A stretch of 64,000 nt of DNA from the NCBI GenBank assembly GCA_951406725.2, contig OX597814.1, positions 87,234,001-87,298,000 on the forward strand. Direction: 5' to 3'. Positions within the stretch are counted from its first letter, which is position 1; every line of letters begins with the position of its first letter. The notes under the pieces are model-generated. The model did not search any database and had not been told where the DNA came from. It was given only the letters and a program-made list of their open reading frames with translations. Positions 13,555 through 26,085 of the stretch are shown one piece after another. A program made the position numbers and the translations under genes. Source of the DNA: Octopus vulgaris. Lineage: Eukaryota.

Positions 13555-13616
13555 TTTCTATATTGAATCAATTTCGGAATTAATCTCATAATAGATTTTT
13601 TCCTCCTCAGTAGAAA
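13555..13616 (-). ncRNA. Type I hammerhead ribozyme, intact core
   Basis: Minus strand reads UUUCUA CUGAGGA GGAA-aa-AAUCU-auuaug-AGAUU-aa-UUCC GAAA UUG-auu-CAA UA UAGAAA. Stems I, II and III all pair; all core nucleotides are present; cleavage triplet AUA. Confidence 0.8.
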
Positions 13617-13963
13617 ATATAATTTTAACCTTAAAGGTATTTTAATATGCTGCCACATTTTTTGATGAAGTTCTTTTCTGTAAAAACACTTTGTCCTATA
13701 TTAATATATATATATATATATACGTAAAATATATATGGGGTGGTGAGTTTTTTTAATTGAAAATTCACCACTAGTGGTCTAGCATGTATAAAAAGTCAAT
13801 AGACAACATATTCTCAATATAAAATAGTGTACATAGAAAACTGCCTTCAACAGGCAGTTTTTACACTCTCGAAGAAGTAGTCAAAACGACCAAAACCACA
13901 TTTAAGAGCAATCTTCAAAAGGAATGAAAAATATAAAAAACTTTTACTTGTTATTTTATTCCG

Positions 13964-14033
13964 GTCAGATCTAGGTTTCTAAATTTTTTTAGCAAATAAA
14001 ATAATTTGCTAGGGGAAATTTTTCATCAGTGAC
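13964..14033 (-). ncRNA. Type I hammerhead motif, slightly decayed
   Basis: GUCA CUGAUGA [a AAAUUU..UAGCAAAU..AUUUGCUA..AAAUUU a] GAAA CCUAGA UC UGAC. Stem I is perfect; mismatches at the base of stem II and in stem III. Confidence 0.6.
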
Positions 14034-14118
14034 TGTGCCATAACACTAACATATAATTAAGAGACGATTAACACGTGTCTCTTCGTTATGCATTATAATT
14101 TTTCAAATTCACAGTGCA

Positions 14119-14161
<43 letters not shown>

Positions 14162-14589
14162 TATATATATCAAAATATTAATTTGAAAGATACAAGTTCC
14201 TAGGTCAATAATACTCCTCATCAAAGCTGATACATATCTAAACACTGAGTCATTATAAGCATGTGAACACATAAAGTAAAAGATATAATGACTTACATAC
14301 GCCCTCTGTGTTTAGATATGTATCAACTTTGATGAGGAGTATTATTGACCTTGGAACTTGTCTCTTTCAAATTAATACTTTGATCTAATTGCTCAATAAA
14401 TTGAGCCTTAAAGTTGTTACTTGAAAAGAGTTTGCTTCTATAATTTTTCATTACCTATATATATATATATATTGAAGAAACCTATTGTGTCAACATCAAA
14501 GTAAAAATCGAATGGATATTGTAGTTGTGATACCTGTGCCAGTGGCATGTAGGGCCTCACAGAGGAAATGACGAAGACCGAGACCTCTG

Positions 14590-17500
14590 AGATGGAGTAG
14601 GAGGTGTAGGCATACTCCTTGCAGAGAAATGGATAGATAAGGTCATAGAGGTAGTCAGAGTATGCGATAGAGTGTTTAAGCTCAGGCTAGTCTTGCAGAA
14701 TAGTAAGGATCACTTTTATGATACCCTTCCACAGGCTACCTCAAAGATGAGTGACAATGACCCCATCTTTGTGGCTGGAAATTTTAATGGGCATGCTGAA
14801 TGGTGATCTGGTATCTTCCATGGTGTTCATGGAGGCCATGGAATTGGTTCCAGAAATGAAGAGGGAACTAGGCTACTGGAGTTCTGTGATGCAAGCAACC
14901 TATTAATCTGCAGCACCAACTTCAGGAAGCCAGACAGTCACCTGATAACCTATCAATAAGGTGACTCTGCTAGCCAGATTGATTTCATTCTCACCAGATA
15001 GCTGGATGAAAGGTTGCTCTTAAATACAAAGACCCTCCCTGGTGGAGAATGTACCCCACCAGCATAGACTAGTCATTAGTGACTTTAGACTCGAGGCCAG
15101 AAGATACCAAGAAGCAGACCAATCCAGAAAAAAAGGATTTGGAAGCGAAAGAACCCTTCACATGGTCAGAGATTTAGGGACATCCTCATTGAGAAATTTG
15201 ATGAGAGGGAGGAGGAGCTACAGGCTTGGGACATAGAGGGTAATTGGAAATTCCTGTGGGACAGCTTGCTAAGAACCACAGACCAAATCTGTGGCTGGTG
15301 CAGTGTCCCTTCCAGACCTAGGGTTACGTGGTGGTGGTGGAATAATATGGTAGACAAGGCCATTAGAGTAAAGAAACAGGCCTGGAAAACGTGGAAGAGT
15401 GGGGGTAGCAGGGAACTGTACCAGATAGCCAGAAGGGAGGCTGGAAGATAGGTATATATAGCCAAAGGAAAAGCAGAAAAGAAAAAGTTTGCCAATGTTC
15501 AGCTACGTGAGGACCAAAGAACAGAAGTATTTGGGATTGCAAGACAGTGTGTGAGAAAATATTGTAATGCTACAGGAGAGAAATTTGTCAGCATGGATGA
15601 TGGTGCATTTGCTTTTAATGATTCTTCAAAGAAAGAGGCTTGGAGATGCCATCATGAAAGGCTACTGAATGTAGAGAATAAATGGGAGGAGGAGAGCCTG
15701 CCAAATGTTGATCCAGTCGAGGGACCAGCTACCCAATTGACAGCACCCTGGTAGATAAAGCAATTAAGGATATGAAGTTAAGAAAAGCCCCTGGCCCATC
15801 AGGAATCACTGCTGAGATGCTTAGAGTATCTGGTGGTGTGGGTCATGGTTTAGTCACCTGAATTGTAAACCAGGTAGTTCACAAAGGAGTCATACCCAAC
15901 TGCTACAAAGGTAAAGGTAATGCTTTAGATAGAAATAACTACAGGCGTATCAAACTGCTGGAGCAGGTGATGAAGGTCAAAGCCCAATTAATTAGGGAGA
16001 GAGTTTGCTTAGATGAGATTCAGTTTGGTTTTGTGCCAGGTAGAAGCACCACTGATGCTATTATATTCCTGGTAAGGCAACTGCAGGAGAAATACCTAGC
16101 CAAAGATAAATCCTATACTTGGCTTTTGTTGACTTGGAGAAAGCCTTTGACAGGGTCCCTCATTCCCTTATCTGGTGGGCAATAACAAAACTAGGGATAG
16201 ACAAGTGGTTAATAAGATCTGTACAAGCTCTGTACAGGGATGCTGTCAGTAAGGCAAGGGTCAGCAATGAGTTCAGTGAAGAATTCCAGGTAGAAATAGC
16301 AATTCACCAAGGATCAGCCCTCAGCACCCTCTTATTCATCATAGTCCTCTAGGCAATAATAGAGGAATTCAAGACAGGCTGCTCCTGGGAGCTCCTCTAT
16401 GCTTATGACCTTGTTCTTGTAGTGGAATCACTACCACAAATAGAGAAGAAATTTCAGATGTGGAAGCAAGGTTTAGAATTGAAGAGCCTTAGAGTCATTG
16501 TTGCAAAAACCAAAGCCCTAGTAAGTAGGAAGGTGAACAAATCACAAACCCCTTCAGGTAGATGGCCTTGCACAATCTGTAGAAAAGGTGGAGGTAAAAA
16601 CTCCATAAGATGTACCCAGTGTATGCTATAGACACATAAGAGGTGCAGCAACATCAAAGGAAGGTTAACCGGGATGATAGCTTTTGTGTGCGGCAGATGC
16701 ACATGGGCAATAAACACCGAAGATGCTCAGAAAACAGATTCCATCACATGCCAGGGGAAGAAACTAGAAGTGGTTGATAGCTTCCACTATTTAAGTAACC
16801 AAGTCTGTAGTGGGGGTGGATGCTTGGAGAGCGTTGCCATTGGAATAAGAATAGCCAGGGCAAAGTTCAAAAAGCTCCTACCTCTACTGGTGACAAAGGG
16901 CCTCTTGCTCAGAGTGAAAGGTAGACTGCATGATGCATGTGTGCATACTGCCATGCTACACGGTAGTGAAACATGGGCCATGGCTGTTGAGGACATACGT
17001 TGGCTTGAAAGAAATGAAGCTAGTATGATCTGCTGGATGTATAATGTCAGTGTGCACACACAACAGAATGTAAGTGCCCTGAGAGAAATGTTAGACATAA
17101 AAAGCATCAGATGTGGTATGCAAGAGTGACGACTGTGCTAGTATGGTTATATGCTGCTTATGGATGAGGAGAGCTGTGTGAAGAAGTGTCACTCCTTGAC
17201 TGTGGAAGAGGGAAAACCAGGAAGACATGGGATGAGGTGGTGAAGCATGGCCTTCGAACGTTGGGCCTCACAGAGGTAATGAAAAGAGACTGAGACCTCT
17301 GGAGATATGCTGTGATTGAGAAGACCTGGCAAATAAAGTGAGATCACAGCTGTATCCTATACCAGTGTCGCATAACCAGCCCATTTAAAAAGTACCTTTG
17401 AGATGTCAGGTGACACACTGTGCTTGAGGAGACCTATTGCATCAAGTAAAATTAAAAATCAAAATCAAATCACAATCAGAATCTCAGTCAAATCGAAATC

Positions 17501-17935
17501 AAAAATGGAAATTGTAGTTGTGGCTGATGCCAGTGCCACCTGTCTGCTCCCATGCTGGTGGAACGCAATAAGCACCATTTATGCGTGGGTTGTTTCCAGT
17601 GCTGTCTGACTGGCTCCCCATGCCTGTGACATGTAAAAAGCACCATCTGAATGTGGTCAATGCCAGCCCCCACGCTCACCCCAACTCTGACTGGTTCCTG
17701 TGCCAGTGACGCGTAAAAAACACCATCCAAACATGACTGATGCCAGTGCCTCCTGACTGTGTCCCATGCCGGTGGCATGTAAAAACCACCCACTACACTC
17801 TCGGAGTGGTTGGCATTAGGAAGGGCATCCAGCTGTAGAAACATTACCTGATTAGATTGGAACCTAGCTTGTCAATCCCCAGTCAAACCATACAACCCAT
17901 GCTAGCATAGAAAACGGACGTTAAATGATGATGAG
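14590..17935 (+). mobile_element. RTE-clade LINE, 5'-truncated and degenerate
   Basis: Endonuclease remnants (SQIDFIL, HRLVISDF); RT motifs QFGFVPGRSTTDAI, FVDLEKAFDRVP and HQGSALS; MLHGSETWA; (GAT)n tail. Confidence 0.92.
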
Positions 17936-17941
17936 GATAAA

Positions 17942-17972
<31 letters not shown>

Positions 17973-18587
17973 GACAGGCTTCTTTCAGTTTCCATCTGCC
18001 AAATCCACTCACAAGGCTTTGGTAGGCCCAAAGTTTTAGTAGAAGACACTTGTGCAAGGTGTCACATTGTGGGACTGAACCTGGAACCATGTGGTTGGGA
18101 AGCAAACTTCTTACCACACAGCCACGCCTGCATAGTGATGACACATGCAGGACATAGTGCTGGAAGTTTCATATAGAATGGATGAAACTTAATGTTTGAT
18201 GGAGGGTTGTGTGGTATAAAGAAGACTAAATTTGGGACAAGAGTAAAAGCTGGATTCAAGAGGGGTACTGCCACTGAAGGGAATAATTCATTACAAGAGA
18301 GAGAAGGAAGAAGGAGGTGGAGAGAGAAATCAGAATAGTATGATGGGCTGCGGAAGTTTTCTGTAAGAGAACTTATTGATCAATCCGATGAACGTATTTC
18401 TCTAAATACAGTCTAGAATATAAGTGATATGTTGTTTTAGAATGAAATGATTCTTGTGTGCCATTAACTAGAGCTGGTAACATCTGGTGTTTATCTATGC
18501 TTTTTTATTGTACTGAAAAAAAAAAAAGATCAAAAATATAATTGGCAGACTTCATAATGGAATATGTATACACGTACATAGTTCATT

Positions 18588-18647
<60 letters not shown>

Positions 18648-18675
18648 ATATAAATGTATGTATAAATATGTATGC

Positions 18676-18709
<34 letters not shown>

Positions 18710-18866
18710 GTATGTATGCATGCATGTATGTATATAATTATTATAAATGAGGGTGAAAAATCGATATTAATTTAATAATACCATTAATTTAACACCAAGT
18801 GGCTTAGCACAAAAAACTACGGAGAAAATAATAATTTATGTATGTATATATATATATATATGTATG

Positions 18867-18924
<58 letters not shown>

Positions 18925-19435
18925 CATGTATATATATATATATGTGTGTATGTATGTATGTATGCATGTATATATATATATATATATAAGAGATTGCAAT
19001 ATGGAAGACACATGTTAGCCATTTAGAAACACTCAAAGAGTGTTAATTTCACTTAAACATTTATTGTTTGTAATATGGTGTCAAAATTTTTGTTGCTTAA
19101 AAATATTTAAGCAAAGTTATCAGTCTCTGTGAGTTTCTGAATGATGGCTAACATGTGTCTTTGATGCTGCATTCGTTTTGATTTCAACATAGTCTCAGAT
19201 CAAATCACTTGCATGGCAAGTACACCTCCATTATATATATATATAAATGTAACCGCGTGTGTACCGTTGGCGTTTTTTTTTCTTTTGTCTTCCCTTCTCT
19301 TATGTTTCCGATGAAGAGCTCCACTCGACACGTTAAACCCTCCTTCTTCCCTTCCTTCCTGAGCGTCCAATAATACTATATTTGTTTCACGTCCTTGTGT
19401 TGTTGTGTTTTCTCTTTGTGTTTTCATGTTTGGAT

Positions 19436-19475
<40 letters not shown>

Positions 19476-19574
19476 CATATACATACACACACACACATAT
19501 ATGGCTGGCTCCTGCCAAACCGTCCAACCCATGCCAGCATAGAAGGCAAACGTTAAATGATGATGAGGATGATG

Positions 19575-19807
19575 CAGAGTTGGCCAAATGTCACCCGACA
19601 GTAAATCAAAATTCCATAAATACTATCTGTAATTCTGTATTGACTCGAATGGAAAACTGTGTCATTCAAGAAGGACTTCAGTTTGAACAATTTCCATGAT
19701 GTTTCATATTTAGATGCTTTTATTAAATTCATTCAGTTGTTAAACATAAATAAATCTTGGAATTAAATGGTTTTGATTTACTGTCAGGTAACTTTTGACC
19801 AACTCTG
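19575..19807. mobile_element. Tc1/mariner-type MITE
   Basis: TIRs of about 37 bp: cagagttggccaaatgtcacccgacagtaaatcaaaa / ttttgatttactgtcaggtaacttttgaccaactctg, followed by TA. Confidence 0.75.
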
Positions 19808-19867
19808 TACATACATACATACATAGATACATACATACATACATACATACATACATGCATGCATGCA

Positions 19868-19903
<36 letters not shown>

Positions 19904-20529
19904 CATACATGCATATACGTGTGTGTGTGTGTATGTGTGTGTATGTGTGTGTGTGTGTGTGTGCTGGATACCTAATCCATTGAAGGTCTATATAAACCAA
20001 TGTATTCTGTTAATGAGGTACCTGTGCAGAGATGACTGACAGTAAATATAATATTTCAATGTCAGACATTGTAGGCAAAACTGAACTTATCTGACTTTAG
20101 AGTGAACATTCACTATGAATAAAAATTAGTCCTAAAAGAGCAAAAATGAGGATATTTTGTTGCACATGATGTTCAACCCACTAATATGTATTTACGTGTG
20201 AGTGAGTGTGTGTGTGTGTCTGTGTGTATTTTTCTTTTTCTTTGAGATTTATATAAGTGTGTTCCAATGCAGATTTCAAGCTGGTATCTAACACTGTCAA
20301 GGCTCTTTTGTTTAAACCAAGATAGGTCATGGGGTTTGCAGATATCAGAATTGGTTACTGTACACATATCTATGCATGTGTGCATATGTGTGGATAAACC
20401 TGTACTCATATAGTGGGTGTGCATGTCACTTTAGTATACAAGTGTATGTGAGTGTGTGCTTCATTACAGTTTATGTATGTGTGTGTGTGTGTGCATTCCA
20501 TTTGTACATGATTTGTATGTGTCAACTCA

Positions 20530-21480
20530 GGGACTTCAAATAGAGAATTCCCGGAATGTTTTAGAAACTTTACCTTGCATCACTGATCAATTGTATTTGG
20601 AGAATGCAAATCAGTTTGTTTTGTTCTGTTTTTGAGAACTTTAGCATCTCTAGGCCTTTATGGAAATCTGTTGCTATGCAGCCCAGTGCACTGATGATAT
20701 TTGATATGTACAAATGAAAACCCTTAGCCTGGATATGAGAGCTTTAAGGTTTTCATTAGTTTTTTATAGATGGTCTCCTTTTCCTAATTGTTGATTAGAT
20801 ATTCACTACTGCTGATCTCCACAACAGTCCAGGTTTTTGCTTACATTGAGTTGCTGTTTTTTTATTGGAATATTCTACTTGTATTCTATATTTTTAAAGC
20901 TACTGTAACATTCTGGTTCTGGTGTGCCTTTGGTATGGCCATCAAGATACTCCTCCAAATATATAGCACTGTAAGTAGTTTTAGTGATAATGTTGGGTCT
21001 CATGGGAAAGTAGTATCTTGTAAAAATTTTGCTGATGATATGGGTGATGTTTTCCATATCAGTGTGGTACTGTCAACATTTTCTAACACAATGTTGGAAG
21101 TCTGAGGCATCCTTATCGCTTTTGTTGATTAGAAACTTAATAGCTAGTTTCTGTTTCTGGTAAGATGTGATACATCTTGTAGATTCAGGAGAGGCTACTA
21201 TTCCTGTCAATGTTGTTATTCTCTAACTTGCAGGATATGTACCAATGCATAACTTTCTGATGATTTCAGGAGTATTTCTTCTCCAAGTATCTGTTTAAAA
21301 AGGTCAGTCAAGCCATCCTTGATTCACATGGAAGTACATCTAATCTCATGATGTTATTACTTTCACTGTTGAGTATATATGCAATGCACCCATTTCTCTC
21401 TTTGCTGTTTAGTATGTGTTCTGTAAGTGATACACTGCACCACTCAAAGGCCATCTGGATTGATCTTAATATACCTTAGC
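20530..21480 (-). mobile_element. R4/Dong-like (restriction-like endonuclease) LINE remnant
   Basis: Fragments ENITHIISK..RYYFPMR.NI, NIPIK and IISALG resemble the CCHC/RLE region; heavily decayed. Confidence 0.55.
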
Positions 21481-22522
21481 ATTTTGGGAGAAAGCAAGCG
21501 AATGTGTACAACAACAAAGGCAAAATAATGAAAACCAAACAAAAAAAAACCAGAAAATGTTACACAATTACAAATACAAACAACAAGAAAATAACAACAG
21601 ATGTCTTTTGACTAATAGAAACGAATCAAGTTACTGGCGTGTGTAGAATGAAAGCCTTGAGACAGGAACATAGGAGATGAACATAAGAGGTGAAAGTCAT
21701 GAGACAGGAACATAAGAGATGCTTCGTGGATGGCAGTCGAGCCAAGAAATAAAGATCATGCTTGGCTGAACACCGGTCATGTGGAAGGAAAGGAGAGAGG
21801 TAGGGGGCAGAGGGATTGAAGAATTAGGGGGATAATGAGAAAGAAAGTTAAAAGGGCATAGAGAAGGTACAAGGGAGATAAATGAGGAAAAGTAGGTAGA
21901 TTAAAAAAAGAGAAGGCCAAGAAATGTAAGAGAGGGTGAGTGAGAAAAAGAAAAGAGGAAAGAAAGAATGAGGGGGACTAAAAGAAAGAGTAAAAGAGTC
22001 ACACAGAATTTAGATACATACTTACAAGGTGAGCAAAAGTGTATGTAAGCCGCTATATGTATATATAAATCCAAAAAATGGAACAAGAATGCAACAGATG
22101 ACAATGAAACATCTAGACAGATAGATGATACAAAGATGGACAAGAAAAACAATAAAAAGACGGACAGGAAAAAACAAGAATGGGTCATTCATGGCCTTCT
22201 CTCCTCAGTCAAGTTTCCAGATTATTGACATTTTCTGTTTCTTTTTTTGTTTTTTTTGTCTTTGAGGTCGTATGCATTTGCTTGTTTTCTCCTAAAATAT
22301 TTAATGCTTAGATTTTTGGGGCCAGCCAGCTTTGAACAATCTCAAACTGGCTGAAACTGTAAGGATAATCTGGAAAATTGACTAGGAGAGAAGGCCACGG
22401 AGTTGTTGAGGAGTGCTGCTTGTCAGTTATAGCAGAATATCTTAGAACTTTTCCCAGAAAATGTTTCTCTCTTTACATAAAAAAATTAAATTTTCTGTCA
22501 TTTATCCAACTGTTATCCACAG

Positions 22523-22668
22523 GTTGTTATGTGTATGGACTTTATCTAGAAGGCGCAGGCTGGGATCTAGAGAAAGGATGCCTTATTCGTCAAAAGCCTA
22601 AACAATTGGTTCAAGAATTACCTCTTTTGAAGATTATTCCTATTGAAAGTCACAAGTTAAAATTACAG
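22523..22668 (+). CDS. DNAH10: DNAH10-like exon
   Basis: acag| ... |gtaaac, phase 1 in. Encodes GCYVYGLYLEGAGWDLEKGCLIRQKPKQLVQELPLLKIIPIESHKLKLQ. Confidence 0.95.
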
Positions 22669-23172
22669 GTAAACTATTGATATATCTGCAGGTAAAACGT
22701 CTGAGAAGATATATTACATTATTACATCATATTTTTTAAAATCATTTATTGAAACATTTGATAGTAAGAACACTTGATATCAAATCACACCATATAATAA
22801 TGTCTATTTACAGAACCATCCACCCCATTATGATAATGATTCCTTCTCTTCATTTCGCACATTGTTAAGTCAATTGAATTGAGTCAGAATATTACTAGTT
22901 CTCATTCTATCACTCTTGGAGACTCAAAGGGGAAATTCAGTCTCACTGGCGTGAGTTGAAAGTAATTAGGCTGGAACATCTGTTTAAGCCAACTCACTAT
23001 CTTTGTTTTATCTTTTAAATTTTATGCTTTGATTCTGCTGTTTGATGACCATTGTAGAATTAGACATAGCTATGTATTGATACTCTTTTAACTCATTTGA
23101 AAAGGGGCTAAGAAATATATCATCTTTAAGTCTTATCACTGTTGTTTCAAACTAATAAGTGATCTTTTAGAT

Positions 23173-23491
23173 CAGTGGTTCTCTACCGGGGTCCATATAA
23201 GATTTTTGGGGGTCCACACAGCAAAATAGTAAATTAGGGATCCACTAGGATTTTCAAGGGCCTCTGACAAAATTTTGCTTTAGATGTATGTATTGGTATG
23301 TATTGCAAGAAACAGATAGGTTTCTTTCTCTAACATTTTAGATGGTTCAACCTACACAAGTTAGTGTGTGAAAACATTAATAAATAGCATTCTATAAAAC
23401 TAGTTTTTAAACACTGAATGGTGATAGATTTCCACCAGAATAAAATAGCAATCAAAGAGGTCCATAGATAAAATATGGCTGAGAACTCCTG
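23173..23491. mobile_element. hAT (Charlie-like) MITE
   Basis: Ends cagtggttctc / gagaactcctg; 8-bp TSD ttttagat / ttctagat. Confidence 0.75.
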
Positions 23492-24368
23492 TTCTAGATG
23501 GTTGCTAAACTGTTTAGAAATAGCAGTCAAACTCTTTTTAGCTCACACAACCATTTTGGAAAAGAATGACTTGGATAATGTTGTCTTTGAGGGTGCTACA
23601 CTTGGGGGTGGGGAGAAACCCTAGCAGAGTCATGGTTGTAATGCTTTTGAGCATAGACTTGTTAGACCTGGACCAACCTGGAGCGCAGTAATAACAACAA
23701 TCAATGTTGTTTTGATTGAATGTTTTTGTTGTTTCAAAAGAAGCATTGAAAATAGTTTTTGATATCTTTGATACTGCTGTTGCTGCTGCCGCCACTGTTA
23801 GTGGCCTCCACTGCCGCCACCACCACCACCACCACCATTCAATTTTCTGTTAGTGACCCATGAGAGGATTTAGTAACCAGTACAACAAGGTAGCAAAACA
23901 ATTCTCATTGCAGAAGTTTCTCTTGCTTATAACACCGGGACTTCCCAGATATCTGTTTACTGTTAGAAGTAAGATTTATCAAAAGGACAATGCTGCACTA
24001 ATTATCTGCTGGATTAATACATGAATCATTACATCAGTCAGGACTATCATTAATCTATGTTGTTTAAACTAATTATGAGGATTGTAGTAGTTGTATTGAT
24101 AGTGATGATGATGATGATGGCGATGATGATGGTGGTGGTGGCGATTTTGTGATGATGTTTGTGTTGGTGATGGTAAGTTGGTGACAAAAATTACAATGCT
24201 GATGGCTGTATTATGATAATGATGACGCTGATGAAGACAAAGGTTGTGTCGTTGTTGGTTGCTTTAATAATGTTGGAATTTATGATGATGAGAATTATAA
24301 TGATGGCGATTGTGTTGTTGTTGTTGATGATGATGATGATGAATAACAGGCTTCTCATTTTGTTTCAG

Positions 24369-24515
24369 AACACTATCAGGACGCCTGTATATGTTACGTC
24401 TCAACGTCGTAATGCCATGGGTGTTGGCCTTGTATTTGAGGCAGATCTGGCTACAACAGAACATATCAGCCATTGGGTATTACAAGGTGTATGTCTCATA
24501 CTAAACACTGACTGA
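24369..24515 (+). CDS. DNAH10: DNAH10-like terminal coding exon
   Basis: ttcag| then NTIRTPVYVTSQRRNAMGVGLVFEADLATTEHISHWVLQGVCLILNTD-stop, matching the DNAH10 C-terminus. Confidence 0.95.
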   Translation, partial: NTIRTPVYVTSQRRNAMGVGLVFEADLATTEHISHWVLQGVCLILNTD

Positions 24516-24636
24516 ATTACATTACATATCTTAAACAAACATGTACATGTAAGAGAGCTACCACATATACATGAATTCTTTCACAAGCACACACTCATAT
24601 TACATTACATTTATTTTCCCATTTACATATATACAC

Positions 24637-24686
<50 letters not shown>

Positions 24687-24824
24687 TTATACACACATAA
24701 CTACACACTTTAATTATAAGCATACATTAATTATAAGCATACATTAATTATATAAGCATACATTAATTATAAGCTTACATACATTCTTATACATATACAC
24801 ATTAATATATATGTAAGTATACAT

Positions 24825-24873
<49 letters not shown>

Positions 24874-25491
24874 GAGGTACCTCACCATACAATGGTTACA
24901 AGTAACTGCAATCAGGGAGACTGTTGTCATTTGATGTGCTAGAAATAACAGTCAAATTTTCCTCAGATCAAACTCTGCCATCTCAAAAAAAAAAAAAAAA
25001 CGAATGACACATTGGATAATATATTTTCAGATGGGTTGGTAATGATCTTTCATCATGAGTTTGTTTAATCAGAGTAAAACAACAAAAGTAACAAAAAGTT
25101 TACAAAGTTGAATCAAATTATTTCTGATGTAGGCCTTTTGTACACACAACTAATGAAATATGTGCTTCATGATTTTTTATACTACACATTTTGTTATGTT
25201 TCTATCGTTTAGCTCCAGGTTAGCTTTTATTGGGTGGACCTATGATCAAAGGCTTTCTAAGCCATAACCATCCTATCTCTTTTTACATGGCAATGTGTAT
25301 CTGGTGACACATGATCTAATGTATTTTTTTTTAAAAAGACAAATTTTTAGCTCAGAAATTTGACTGTTTCTAGTAAGTTAAGTGACCACATTAGAGTTTA
25401 CCTCTTGTCTTGTGCCTTTTGTTATTTATTGTGTAAGTGATGTAAGATAAACTCTGTTCTATCAGTATTTTTGATACTAACATATGAATTG

Positions 25492-25497
25492 AATAAA
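25492..25497 (+). terminator. Candidate polyadenylation signal of the dynein gene
   Basis: AATAAA about 1 kb after the stop, followed by a T/G-rich stretch. Confidence 0.35.
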
Positions 25498-25705
25498 AGT
25501 AATGATTACTATATCTATGTTATTGTTAATAGTACTGCTACCATCCAGCTACAATTTAGTTGCATATATTAATTTCCTTATAAAATGGTGCTGATTTCAT
25601 TTATGTTCCTTTGTATACTTCTTGTTTGCTTCTAACATCTCTAAGTTTGAAAATAAAAGAAAAAAACAAAAAATGCAAAAAAAAAAACAAACAAAAAAAC
25701 AAAAC

Positions 25706-26085
25706 AGGCATGGCTGTGGTAAGAAGCTTGCTTTCCAACCAGATGGTTCTAGGTTCAAGGTTCGGTCCCACTGCATGGCACACTCTACTATAGCTAGCTT
25801 TGGGTTGACCAAAGTCTTATGAGTGGATTTGATAGATGGAAACTGAGAGAAGTCTGTTGTATATGTGTGTGTGTGTGTATGTCTGTGTGTGTGTATCTAT
25901 GTGTGTGTCTGTGTTTGTCCCCCATCACTGCCTGATGTCCAGTATTGGTGTGTTTACATCCCTGCAACTTAGCAGTTCGGCAAAAGAGTCTGATAGAATA
26001 AGTACTAGGCTTAAAAAATAAAGCAATGCTCCAGCATGGTAGCAGTCAAATGACTGAAACAAGTGAGAGAGTAAAAGAGAGTAAA
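25706..26085 (+). mobile_element. SINE with internal (TG)n; other copies at about 13125-13340, 17970-18130, 27260-27660, 41570-41985, 46850-47000 and 58752-58910
   Basis: Shared head gcatggctgtggtaagaag..tgcttcccaacc and tail gcagtcaaatgactgaaacaag. Confidence 0.8.

Noticed and set aside
13865-13908. ctct cgaaga...gacc aaaa...agag hammerhead-like string on the plus strand
   Set aside because: Both core segments are broken; too degenerate to call.
14307-14383. ttgatgagg...ggaac as a hammerhead
   Set aside because: The inverted repeat is real, but the core and stem I do not fit.
24708-24780. CRISPR-like or functional repeat array
   Set aside because: A simple 17-bp minisatellite without spacers, in a eukaryotic 3' UTR.
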